Source: Nemertoderma westbladi
Taxonomy: Eukaryota; Animalia; Xenacoelomorpha
Length of the DNA stretch: 64,000 bases
Assembly: GCA_032718475.1 (NCBI GenBank)
Contig: JAUCBJ010002320.1
Coordinates: forward strand, 1-64,000
Direction: 5' to 3'
Shown here piece after piece: positions 22,822 through 34,600 of this stretch (positions are counted from its first letter, which is position 1; each line of letters begins with the position of its first letter). The notes beneath the pieces were generated by a model. The model searched no databases, had not been told where the DNA came from, and saw only the letters and a list, made by a program, of their open reading frames with translations. Made by a program: the position numbers and the translations under genes.

Positions 22822-23247
22822 TTAAGCTCTCTCTACTTGACTCCTTTGTACATACAGTACGGTATAATGTTAAACTATAGACATCTGTGACCACGTTCAT
22901 TGTTTCTACAGTATATGCGAGAGATCAATATTTAAAGCGAATGAAATATAGATATTAGACTTACAGCATAGTAATATCATTCGAGTTAATATTGATTAAT
23001 TACGATCATATGTGACCATTATTCGCTTAAGCTCTCTCTATTTGACTCCTTATACATACTGTATAATGTTAAATTATAGACATCTGTCACCGCGTTCATT
23101 ACCGCTTCTACAGTATATGCGAGGGATCAATATTTTACTGGCTTTATTTAAAGCGAATGAACTATAGATATTAGACTTACAGTATAGTATAGTAATATCA
23201 TTCGAGTTAATATTGATTAATTATGGTCATATGTGACCATTATTCAC
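22822..23247. repeat. Diverged tandem duplication (about 205-220 bp x2) upstream of penton
   Basis: Copies begin ttaagctctctcta at about 22822 and 23028 and end catatgtgaccattattc. Confidence 0.85.
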
Positions 23248-23279
23248 GCAATGAATTAATATACAGTATAAACCTAAAC

Positions 23280-24368
23280 TTATTGAATATGCTGTACCCA
23301 CGACTGTTTTTTGGATCCAATGAATCGGACTAAATATTCTTTTTTCCCATTGCGCACACATTCTTTAAGTTTGCCAATATTTTTGTCAATCGGAAGATAA
23401 ATATTACTACTCGGGTGGACCTTTTGGAGTTCGTATGAATAAAATGAACCATTTATTATAGCACCAGCGCTGTCCTTAATATCGAACAATACCGCTGGTA
23501 CTCTATCCAATCTGACCCGATGAATAACAAATAATTCACGTGTCCATTGTTCTCCATAGCCTTTAGCAAAAGCTGTACGCACGATAGATAAACGTATTGT
23601 ATCTCCAACTTGAAATTTTATTTTCTTGTGATTAATCTGTCTATATTTCCCATATAATCTATTAATTAATTCAGTTTCATTAAATTTATTAACTTCAATG
23701 GGAGTCATTTGTATTGTCCTATGAAATGACCTATTATAAGCAAAAATAAGCTTCGGTAAAATTTTTATCCAAACATTATTTCCCTATTGCGTGAAAATTT
23801 TGAACATCTTTGTTTTTAATGTTCTATTGAATCTCTCGACAATAGCCGCCTTATTCACAGAGTACATTACGTAATAACGTACACCAATAGTATCTAAATA
23901 TTTTCTTACAGATTTATTTAGAAACTCAGACCCTTGATCAGTCGCGATTCTGTTTGGTTTACCTTTCTGGAATATTTTTTGCAATATACTAATAATTTCA
24001 ATACCTGTTTTTGTCTTCATACCATAGGCAAAAGCAAGCCGGCTAAAGGCATCAATATATGTTAATATATAGTTATAATTATTATTTTGTGATTTATATT
24101 GCTGCATATCCACCAGATCTATCATATATATATCTTTTAACCCTCCCGTAAATATTTTAGATGTTGGATAACGATGTCTACGTGGTGCGTGAAGGGAGTA
24201 TGTCTTTTGCCCGCTCAACCATTTCTGAGCTTGAGATGGTTTGATGTTTGCGGCTTTTGCTAATTTTGCGATACTTGCAAAACCTGCAGGCGATGAAGGA
24301 TCTAAATAAATTCTTAACAGTTTTTTGTCTAAGCTTCGGCTTAAGATCGGTTTCATCTTGCGTGGCAT
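23280..24368 (-). pseudogene. int: Polinton retroviral-like (rve/DDE) integrase with C-terminal chromodomain-like region; one in-frame TAG at 23784-23786
   Basis: IDLVDM, TDQGSEF and VERFNRTLK catalytic motifs; reading continues in frame after the stop (GNNVWIKILPKLIFAYNRSFHRTIQMTP); FYSYELQ and EYLVRFIG. Confidence 0.93.
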
Positions 24369-24419
24369 CTTTTCGACAACCGCAAGTAATATATATATTC
24401 AAATCTCTTATAAAGGGCA

Positions 24420-24587
24420 CTACCGTAAAAACAGCTGAAATTTTTTTATTTTCTTTGAAGTTGATGTTTTGAAGGGTTTTCTTTTTGTAGTATTTACTCT
24501 AGGTATATCTTGAGGTTTTAAATCAGTAGCTAACGGTTTACTCGATACTAAATATAATTTTCTAAATGTTACTCCCGTTTTAACCAT
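24420..24587 (-). CDS. Possible small basic Polinton protein (55 aa, MVKTGVTFRKLYLV...)
   Basis: ATG 3 bp after the previous stop; fills the gap to integrase; below the ORF-track threshold; translated by hand. Confidence 0.35.
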   Translation of the reverse strand: MVKTGVTFRKLYLVSSKPLATDLKPQDIPRVNTTKRKPFKTSTSKKIKKFQLFLR

Positions 24588-24589
24588 TA

Positions 24590-24973
24590 TTACCGTCCGC
24601 GGTTATTTTTTTTCGCAATAGCCGCTCCAGCGGCAGCGGCACCAGCACTCGCGGCGAGTTTCGCACCAATGCCGAGTAAGGGTATTAGAAACCGTAGTAT
24701 GCCTCCAGATTGATTGGTTAACTTTTTTCTGTAACTTGATATATTTTTTGTTTTGCGGTTGAGCGATTTTAATACCTTTTTATAACGACGAATATTTCTA
24801 AATGAATGAGGGGTCAATTGTACGTTACCTTTTAGAACATTTAATGCGGTATTTACAATGAGTCGTATTAATTCGTTACTCGCGGTATGGTTAATAAAAT
24901 AAGTTCTTTGTTGAGGGGTAGCGCTGCGTAGAAATTCCAATTCGTTACGATATTTCTGCACAAGTCTATTCAT
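24590..24973 (-). CDS. Conserved small basic Polinton virion-core-like protein with a QSGG motif and amphipathic tail
   Basis: ALNVLKGNVQLT...LTNQSGG|ILRFLIPLLGIG pattern typical of the ORF that follows the ATPase in invertebrate Polintons. Confidence 0.75.
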   Translation of the reverse strand: MNRLVQKYRNELEFLRSATPQQRTYFINHTASNELIRLIVNTALNVLKGNVQLTPHSFRNIRRYKKVLKSLNRKTKNISSYRKKLTNQSGGILRFLIPLLGIGAKLAASAGAAAAGAAIAKKNNRGR

Positions 24974-25006
24974 TGTTGCAACATTATTGAAAATTGTTAC
25001 AAAATA

Positions 25007-25687
25007 TTAATTATTATTATTATTATTATTTTCGCTACGTTTATAGTCAATGTAATTTTTAATGTAACAATTATGATTACGAAATATATCCGATCTAAAT
25101 CTTAAATGTTCGGGTGTTTCCTGTCGTAAATCAATTAAGAAATGCGAAAATGGTTCAATAGTCGCATCTTGATAGGAATCTACTAAAAATTTGGTCTGCC
25201 CTGGTAACATCTGCTTCGCGAAATTTAAAACCGATAAACTGTCTCGCGGATTTTTCATTAATACATTCATTTTTCATTCATTAATGGATCTTGTACGGTT
25301 ATGCTTCCCACCGTAAAACATGTTTTGCGTTATGAAACAAATAAATATATTGGAATGATGAGAAACCTTAGTAAACAATACAGTTAAGGCTGTACTAGAC
25401 TCAGTTTCTGTTAATAAATCATCTATAATTAATAAATCTCGACTATTCACTAAACTATCTATATTTTCAGGCAAACCTTTGTAAAGGTGAGTAATACCAG
25501 GAATAGTCGGGGGATTGCTCCCGTAACGATACAATACTCGTAAGGGGGGTTCGTTGAAGCAGCCATTCTTGTGTTTAATTAAATTACCAACAAATGTAGA
25601 CTTTCCGGAACCAGACGGACCAGAAATTATCATACTCATTCCCATTTGAAAGTTTAAATTATATGGACCTGAATTAAAGTCAGCCAT
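25007..25687 (-). pseudogene. A32/FtsK-like genome-packaging ATPase, in-frame TGA at 25274-25276
   Basis: Walker A GPSGSGKST, Walker B LLIIDD, SHHSNI...ITQN, KNPRD and LIDL...LRFR motifs across the two in-frame ORFs. Confidence 0.92.
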
Positions 25688-25875
25688 TTATTATTATTAT
25701 TAAGATATATCAACAATACAATATAATATAATATAATATAAATATCAATAAACCATCACCATTACTATGTATATATGTAACAATTCACAAAAAAAACAGC
25801 ATTTTACAACAAAAAGTATGTACAACTGTAGTATTAGTATATTTATCATGGCAATCTTTCGTTCTATTTATTACC

Positions 25876-26577
25876 TTATTTGAAAAGATTGTGTAATCGT
25901 ATACCTGCAATCAACAGACATTGTTTTCGATTTAAATAATGTCCATACCAAGTGAGATAGCGGTGACATCGTATAAATTCGTTATACTTCTTAGTTTGAC
26001 ATTTACGTTCTATACCACGTCCGTAGCATTTAGTACTGGAAATATGACTTAGAGTATGCTCCATCAAAGTGCGAATTACTCTCATACACAAATCATTGCA
26101 AAGAATACCTTCATCAAGTTTCAAATAATACTTTTTTGGTTTTATACCTCTCGAAGATGATTCATCTTTATATGTCTTAAAGTAAATATCAAAACTACGT
26201 AAATTCTTATTTAATTTTACTGTGATATTTTTATGTTCTTCATCAAACAACCAAGGTACCATAAAGCCGCCTTTTTTCACTATATATCGATAAAAAATAT
26301 TCTGTGATATTGTAAATAACTCGTTAGGTTCGTTACTTTTTCCTGAAATGTAAATAGAATTCCGCAGCTCTTTCCAATAATATGGATTATATAACTTGTT
26401 TACTCTGCAAAGTGTCTGTACTCTACAAATTGGACAAATTTTAGTACAATCATTAATTTCAACATGTTGATCAATACATGTCACACAAGTTCCATGTTTA
26501 TTAACATATATGTAACAATCAAGATGTTTTAAATTAGAATAACAAATACTACAATTTGTGTTTATTAATATATCCAT
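25876..26577 (-). CDS. Polinton accessory protein with an N-terminal RING-like zinc finger
   Basis: CSIC...HGTCVTC...CPICR spacing; the usual Cys two residues before His is absent. Confidence 0.65.
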   Translation of the reverse strand: MDILINTNCSICYSNLKHLDCYIYVNKHGTCVTCIDQHVEINDCTKICPICRVQTLCRVNKLYNPYYWKELRNSIYISGKSNEPNELFTISQNIFYRYIVKKGGFMVPWLFDEEHKNITVKLNKNLRSFDIYFKTYKDESSSRGIKPKKYYLKLDEGILCNDLCMRVIRTLMEHTLSHISSTKCYGRGIERKCQTKKYNEFIRCHRYLTWYGHYLNRKQCLLIAGIRLHNLFK

Positions 26578-26644
26578 TTTTCTTAAATAACCAAACCAAA
26601 ATCGTTAAAATGTTGATAAAATATTTATAATATAGCTGAAAGAG

Positions 26645-27070
26645 TCAAGAATCATCTTCATTGTCATCGGTTTCTTCAGTGGTTACAAGGGTTTCTTTCG
26701 AAATAATAACAATAAACAAAGCCATAATTTCATAAGCATTTTTACAATCTAATTTGATCTCAAACTTTTCACATTTATTGCTCGCTATATTACCACTATA
26801 TTGAGTAATAACAATAAAGTTATCTGACATTGATAAAATTGTGAATTTATCTAAATCATCTTCTTCTTTGTAATCTAAAAGGTAATTAGTAGAATCTACC
26901 TCACCGAAAATATCAATAGATTGTAGTTCTTTTCTTGCTTGTTCAGAAATGTCTATTTTAAAATTAGGTTGTGAAGGACAATAAATAGTGTTACCAATAA
27001 CAATACAAGTAAGATTATCTACAGTATTAAATGTATGTCTTATTACAGGCGCAGGTGTATCAGAAGACAT
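26645..27070 (-). CDS. Hypothetical Polinton protein with acidic tail
   Basis: Open frame from ATG at 27070 (MSSDTPAP), first gene of the right arm, TATA-like TATATAAATA upstream; no motif recognised. Confidence 0.55.
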   Translation of the reverse strand: MSSDTPAPVIRHTFNTVDNLTCIVIGNTIYCPSQPNFKIDISEQARKELQSIDIFGEVDSTNYLLDYKEEDDLDKFTILSMSDNFIVITQYSGNIASNKCEKFEIKLDCKNAYEIMALFIVIISKETLVTTEETDDNEDDS

Positions 27071-27276
27071 TATTATTATTATTATTTTATGTAATAACAA
27101 TTAAATAACAGCGACAAGACAGATAAATAAATATTAATGATATTTTTTTCTATTCTATTCATATATTTATATAGATCATGTTATATATACAACCAATCAA
27201 CTAAGAACACGTGTCACATGTAACCAATAGAAAGTAAATAATAACAGTAAATGAAGCAAAATAGGTCAGGCTACAG

Positions 27277-27901
27277 TATAACTCGGATATTTATCGCCTT
27301 TTTCTCTCGAGGTTGGATGGAAGAGTGAGTGGTGAGTTGTGAGGAGTTATAACGGTCCCGAGTTCGAACCCAGTTGAATATTTTGTTATCTGAAAAATTG
27401 CAAAATTAAATTTAGTTACTGGTGAAAAATAGTAGAAGTTACCTGTAGACACCTCTAGCGTCTGTAAAATAAAGGTTGGTGAATATGAAAATACTGGTTG
27501 CTGAAAAATAGCGATTTGAAAAATAGTAGAAGTTACCTGTAGACACCCCTAGCGCTTGTAAAATAAAGGTTGGTAAATATGGAAATACTGGTTGCTGAAA
27601 AATAGCGATTTGAAAAAATAGTAGACGTTACCTGTAGACACCCCTAGCGCTTATAAAATAAAGGCTTATGATTGGAGGAAGGAGTAGCGTTGGGTGACTA
27701 ATAACGCCTCTAGCGGAAGATGCGGGAACTTGAGAAGTTACCATGGTTACAGTTGAAATGCTGGCATCTGATTGGTTGAAATAATAACGACCACTGCTAA
27801 TGGTTGAAATGGTGGCTTCTGATTGGAGGAAGGAGTAGAAATGGATGGTAATACTGGGCTATGGGTGACCTTGATACAGGTTCATATAAATATATACTAC
27901 T
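27277..27901 (-). repeat. Right terminal inverted repeat of the Polinton, with an internal ~95-bp tandem expansion
   Basis: Reverse complement of 9104-9552; the block aaaatagtagaagttacctgtagacac occurs three times (about 27425, 27520, 27615). Confidence 0.93.
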
Positions 27902-27980
27902 TACATGCCTAACCTCTGGTGATTCCGCTATACAGCCTATACCTAGCAAACACTATCAACCTGGCTACCAACCTAACACT

Positions 27981-28336
27981 ATGCCTCCAAAGTTCCTGAA
28001 TAACAACAGATTGAAAGTTGAAAATAGAAAGAAAGATAAACAGTTGATAATAATGGTAAATAAATCAAATTCTGTGAGTCCCAATGGATCGAAATCCTTG
28101 AGTCCAAGTGGAATGGAAGAGATGAAATTTTCCAAGAGTTTTCAAAAACGGGTTGAAGTGCTGAAAAGTCAACAAGCATTAAATGCACACATTCTGCCAA
28201 AGGAACCAATTAATAAAAGGACAAGAATCCACGATTGCGTTATGAAGCCAAGGATTTTGTTTACTCAATGGGCCTCTTCTACTACTTTACATGGTGTCTG
28301 GCCCATATGGAATAGGGAACGCTTCATAGGAATCAG
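27981..28336 (+). CDS. DEG/ENaC (degenerin/ASIC-like) sodium channel, coding exon 1
   Basis: FTQWASSTTLHG contains the conserved N-terminal HG motif; GT donor at 28337; start codon uncertain (27981 or 28053). Confidence 0.8.
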
Positions 28337-28974
28337 GTGCGTATGTTTTCGTGGTAACATCTACTCGGGGTTCTGGCACAAGGTGAAAGTAGTGGAAACA
28401 AGTCACATGGCTCGCCGCGAAACAGTTCCATAGCTAAACGTATATTATATGTCAGGGAGAAAGGTTTCCCCTCCAATATCCACATTGCTAATTTCCTAAT
28501 ACCAGTATCGCGGTGTCGGAGTGGATACAGCGCAGTTTAATTTCCGACTAAGGGTTGTTGAAATTTCGCTCTGTTATCTCGTTAAGCAAAACACTTTAGA
28601 GATTAATGCTCACCAGGTGGATTAAAGATAGTTTCACACTCTTGGGAGTTAGTGTGGCTCCCTCCCTGCCTAATAGGTAACGGCCAAGAGAGATGAGGAG
28701 CATTCGGCTTGCCTCCCATTTTTATTACAAATGTGTTATTATTTGCACTGTTACTAATTTAAACATTTTTATGGCTCTAAATCCCCAGATCTGTAGGCCT
28801 ACTGTACCTCCTGTATTGTTAACTCACACGGAACGTATTCAATTATACATGCATAAAAAATTTATTCTCCTAATGCAATGAGTATACAATGCGATATAGT
28901 ATGCAATAGTATGTAATGCGCTTACAAAATGTTTATGGATATTTACTTATTCTCACATCCACACATTGTTTTAG

Positions 28975-29148
28975 GATATTGTGGCTGATTGCATTTATAG
29001 GAAGCATCACTCTGTGCGCCGTCCAAACTTTCGAAGTTATTACGAAATATTTGAATGAGGAGAAACTTACATCAGTGCGGACAAATGTGCCTGGTGAACT
29101 TGGAATTCCATTTCCAAGTGTAACAATTTGTAATAGAAATATAATGCG
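28975..29148 (+). CDS. DEG/ENaC exon 2 (TM1 and FPSVTICN)
   Basis: ttttag acceptor, gtgagt donor, phase matches exon 1; RILWLIAF...KYL...FPSVTICNRN. Confidence 0.92.
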
Positions 29149-31639
29149 GTGAGTGAGTAACTGCTAAATATTATTAAAAAATAATTCTAGAAATCTGATA
29201 AAATATAAATTTCCCCGGCTTGGGCCATGACCTACTATAATAAAGTAAACCATATAAAAGTAAGTAGAAGTTAACAGGGGGGGGGGGGGGGGGGGGGGGG
29301 GTACCCTCCTGGACACATTTGAAATTTTATGACTGTGCAAGAATTACTTAAATGGTCCAATAAGCCATGCCACATTCGAGGTATAATATAATAATGTGTT
29401 GAAATTTAAAATTTTTTAGATTTTGTTGCTCTCAAGAGGTGAAGATAAGAAATTGAAATATTCAGAAAATTTGCTACTTTTGCTAATTAATATTCACTTT
29501 CACACTCTCTCGTATCGTTTTTTTGAATTCAGCAAACAAAATTACATCATAAATTTCGACCACATTTTTTAAATAGCCCTGTAAAATGTCGACAAAAAAA
29601 TCACCTAACTAAAAAATCCTGTCGAAAAATAATTTCCAGCGTAAAAGTATCTTTCTAATAACGTTTGAAACGTGTCAAATGACCAAGAAATGGCGCACTA
29701 GTACCGGTAGAATTTTTGGTGAAAAAAAAACAGTTCCGAGAAAAACGGCTTTAACGTTTAAACCCTCCCGCTCAAAATTATCTCCGGTATGTAAATATGT
29801 AAGGATGTATATTAATATATATCTATGAGGGTAACATTCCATCACCTAGCTAAAATGTTCGCTGTGGGGGTTTTCCTGGCCTCTGATTTCATTTCCGATG
29901 TCAGTTTTTAATTTACACAGGATCTTGTATGACTTTTTGTCAGTCTGTCAAAGTTTTGACAGACCGACTGAAAGACAGACCGGCGGACAGACAACCATAA
30001 CTCGATAAATAAATAGATCTCGCTAAGCCGTATTAAATATCTGTTCTAGATAAAATAAAAAAAAATTCAAAATTTTAATCCGGTGGGGGGGGGGGGGGGG
30101 GGGGCACCCTCCCCCCTTAAGCCACCACGTTAACAGATGTGTTATTATCAATAAGAGCGATTACACTTAATAACCATTTCTTTTACAAAAATAAAGTAAC
30201 ATTTATTTTAACCGACATTATAATCCGCATATTCGCGGAATAATTAAAGCATTTTCATTTCGAGGCCGAGGAAAAAATCACGAGGAAATGCGAATCATAA
30301 GGAGGACAAATAATTATTTATTACATGGGGAAAAAGGTAGAACTTTTTTCACTATTCTCTATAAGAATTTTATTTACCGAGCGTCAGCGAGGTTTTAATA
30401 AAGGGCCGATTCTAATAAAGTGTCATTTCTCTGAGAAAGCGGTGGGCAATTTTAGTTAATTTGGCCCACCAGTTCAATACCTATAATAGGCCCTGCCGAC
30501 ATTAAGGGGGGGGGGGGGGGGGGGGGGGCTTTACCTTTTTTTAAGATAAAAAATTCCCCTTTTACTAGGGCAAATCTGGTCCTGTAACTAGGACCCCCTT
30601 CGTTCTGGGATAAGGACGCCCTTGGTCCTGGATTAAGGACCCATATACTTGGCTGCAGGGGTATATGGCCTGACCAGGCAGATGGTGATCTACCAATGGC
30701 TGGTCCCCCATGGAAACGAGGTATAACCTCATGGGGCTATCCTAGGTGCACCATATTATTTTTAAATAGTGTTACTGTGTTAACAGGTTAACGTTATTTT
30801 TAATTTTGTTGTAAATGTTGTCAGAATGCTGGAATGTTATGCAGGGCCGATCATTAAGTATGTCTATTTATGCTGTCAATTTTAATATGTTTCGTAATTT
30901 TAATATGCTTTGTGTTCGTTTTACAGTAGGCACTATTACTATAATTTGGCGTCCAATAAAAAACTTCAACTTCAACTTCAACTTCAGGAGTAGAGTGTTC
31001 TTATGTCCACTCTGAGAGCACTTCACTGCGACCTGCGCCTGGCAGCAAGGGTACAGGGCATGACCCAGCAGATGAGCTGCAACAGCCAATGGTGGGTCAT
31101 GTGCGCCAGAGTAGATATGGGTGATGGGCCTCATATCTGACTTCATTGCGACACCCACCCTGTGGAATGGCAAACCAGGGTGTGGTATTTGCCCCGAGAG
31201 TTGAAGATAAAAAATGCTGGCTCAACATGTTTAGTTTTGGAGATATTACGATTTTACTATGGCTTCCATAAACGCATTTTACAGAGAATATTATTTCTCG
31301 TATTTTTGCTTCATACAAAACCTATCTACTTCGTCATTTTTTAATCAATTCATGTTATGATTTGAGCCGATAAATTGTAAAAATACCGGCACAAAATAAA
31401 ATAAATTTTATTTTTTAGTTAACATTACACTTCTGATCAAAATTTGAAAATTCAATAGTATAAAAGTTTTATTGGTCAACATGTCAAGCAAGACCATTCA
31501 CTGAAACTTTCAAACGATTTAATTGAAAAATGACGGAGTAGAAAGATTTTGAAAAATGCTACATTTTTTTTCAGAAAAATCAAAATATAATTGGTGGGAC
31601 ATTCAAAATACAATTTTTGTCATCAAAAATATCATAAGA

Positions 31640-34600
31640 ACTTCTAATATAAGAAGTAAAAGTGTCCGAGTGTACTCCCAGGTATTCCAATTGGCGATAA
31701 AAATCTCGCAACCGAACTCATTCCCAAAGATGATCCCACTTTTCCAGAGGCACTACTAACTGCTGTCAATTTTGAAGAAGTGTACAAAATTGCACAAAGT
31801 CGGAAAGTAACTTCAAAAGTCGATATGGGTCGCATTACAAGGCAACAATTTGGTGGAAAGAAATCTAATTACGGGAAGAAAAATAAATCTCGATATGGGA
31901 ATCCTACGGGATATACACCCAATCACAACCAGTTTACACAAGCTACAGGTGTTACATGTTATCGATGTGGTATATCGGGACACAAAGTTCCACAATGTAG
32001 ACTTCAACCCATGTTGAGTGTCGTTTCTGCCATATACGAGGACATACCGAGTCCGCATGTATAAGGAATCAAAAAGGCTCATTTACACAAACTGGATCAA
32101 TGGCGACAGCAATGACAACTGGTAGATCTAATAGAGGCAACACTAATGCTGTTTCGTTTCAAGATGATGAATATGATGATATATTCCTGAGCCATATGGA
32201 GATAGAAGACCAGACTACAGATGAATCTATAGCTAACGATCCTGTTACATTACCAAAGGTAAAACTTATTATACTACATATTAATGTACAACAGCAGTTA
32301 TTAGAAATTCAATATGATCCAGGTGCGAATCACAGCATCATATCATTTGAGACATATATGCTTAAGTTCTCTGACATCAAATTACATACATGTACAGCTA
32401 AATTACGTGGTTACTGCCATGGAAGCACTGAAATAGATGGTGTTATATACATTGACATTCAAGTACCAGATTACAGAAAGATTATTGGCTTACCTCTTAT
32501 CGTAGCAAAAAATGATACCACCAGATCAATGCCATTATTCGGTTTATATTGGTTACAACGATTTCAATTAATTGGTGGTAATACAGATGATTTATTACAA
32601 AAAACACAGATCGAAAGTTCTGATATCTATATCGATATTGTAGATACAACTGTGATGGAAAACAAACTTCAAAGTTTGCTAAGAGAGTACAAAGACGTGC
32701 TAACTGGTGTTGGCTGCTACAAGGGTAAAGTTACAAAAATTCGCCTGAAAAACAACAATGTAAAACCAGTTTTCTTACACTCATGCTGTCCCTGCAGCAT
32801 ATAAAGATTAAGTAGAGGAACAACTAATGAAAGACATTGAAGAAGGGCGTCTAGCGTACCCAGACCCCACGGAAACTATTGAATGGGCTACACCCTTGGT
32901 CATTGTCCCTAAACCAGATGGGAGAGTTAGAATTTGCGGTGATTACAAAAGCACAGTCAACCCTCATCTTATTGGCGACCAATTCCCACTAATGAATATT
33001 GAGGAAATGTTTACATAATTACAAGGAAATGAATTGTTTACAAAACTTGATTTAGCAGCAGCTTACAATCAACTTCCAATTGATAACAAAAGCCAAAACC
33101 TACTTATTCTGGCTACACTATTAGGTTTGTTAAAACCTACCCGTATGCCTTACGGCATTACACCTGCCGCTGCTAAATGTCTAAAAGTTGCTCATAAAAC
33201 AGTTCATAAACATATCACTGTAGCATATATGGATGAATTCCTTATAGCTTCAAAGAATACTGCAGAGCACCTACAAACACTACAACAAGTATTTCAATCT
33301 CTACGCGAAGCAGGTCTTACAGTGGCTCTTAAGAAATGCTCTTTCTTCAAAGAAGAATTAGAGTTTTGTGGACATATCATTAGCAGCAAGGAATTCTCAG
33401 CTGATCCTAAGAAAGTTGCTGCTATAATAAATCTTCGGGCACCTTCAACACGTAAAGAATTCCAAAGTGTTATGGGCACCATGAACTACTTACGCAGATA
33501 TGTTCATCGCTACGCAGAATTATCTAAACCTTTATATGGTATTCTCAAACAAGAGGGGCCTATTCAATGGATGAAAGAGCTACATTCAACATATAATAAA
33601 CTCAATCCTCATAGCTCAATCCACCTTATTACATCATTTCAAACCAGAATATACAACTGAAGTAATCACAGATGCATCTTAAGAAACAGTTTCGGCAATT
33701 CTAGGGCAACGAAATAATTCTAATGAATTCCAGTCAATTGCATTTGCATCTGCAAACCTAGAAAACCATCAGAAACGATACTCACAACTTGACCATGAAG
33801 CCTTAGGAATTATGTTCGGCGTTTGACGATTTCATCATTATGTCATAGGATGGAAATTCAAATTAATAACGGACAACCATCCATTGAAACGCATATTATA
33901 CCTTCAGAAATCATTACCCTCAACAACGATATCGAGACTTCAACATTGTGCAGTAGAATTGGCAGCTTACGATTATACTGTTGTTAGCATACAGTCTGAA
34001 GATGACATTGCTGATTCACTATCACGATTAACCCCAAACACCAGTGAAAAGGTTGAAGACAATGATATAACAATTCGTTGTATTGATATTGCACAAAGTC
34101 AAGCTCTAAATGATTGCACAATAATTAATAGACATACATTGCAAGAAGAAACCACAACAGATGAAACACTCTATTACTTGAGATATTTACTAGAATATGG
34201 TGAAACTATAAAAAATAGTTCTGTAAAGTTACGAGGCTATAAAGCCATTGAGAATAAATTATCTGTGAAAGATAACATTATATTTCGAGGAAATTCAATT
34301 ATTATACCAGAAAGTCTACGAAATATTGTTTTACAAGTATTACACTTAGCACATATTGGAGAGAAAAGGATGTATAGCAACGCAATGGAAGTTTGTTGGT
34401 GGCCCACAATGAAGGAAGGTATAAAGTTGTATACATCAGCCTGTGAAGCATGTTAATGATTTTGCAATTCGACACCTCAAATATACAAACCATTACCAGA
34501 ACCAACTAGTCCATTTGAGAGATGATTACAAACATATCTTGTTGGGTGTCATTGATGTATACTCAGGATGGAAAGATGTACGCTTATTACCGAAAAGTGG

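Larger units (their letters stand above)
9104..27901. mobile_element. Polinton/Maverick (adintovirus-like) endogenous virus/transposon, 18.8 kb, defective
   Basis: Starts AGTAGTATAT, ends ATATACTACT; TACATG duplicated at 9098-9103 and 27902-27907; long TIRs; encodes pPolB, rve integrase, A32-like ATPase, adenain protease, penton and MCP remnant. Confidence 0.97.

Noticed and set aside
9104-27901. Contaminating free virus or bacterial prophage
   Set aside because: TSD-flanked integration in intron-containing animal DNA, host transposon insertions inside it, and inactivating mutations
27861-28433. 190-aa ORF as a Polinton gene
   Set aside because: It crosses the TIR/TSD boundary; its core is DEG/ENaC exon 1 and the tail is intron read-through
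28505-28720. tRNA-derived SINE
   Set aside because: A-box-like start is visible but the B-box and tail are too degraded to support a call
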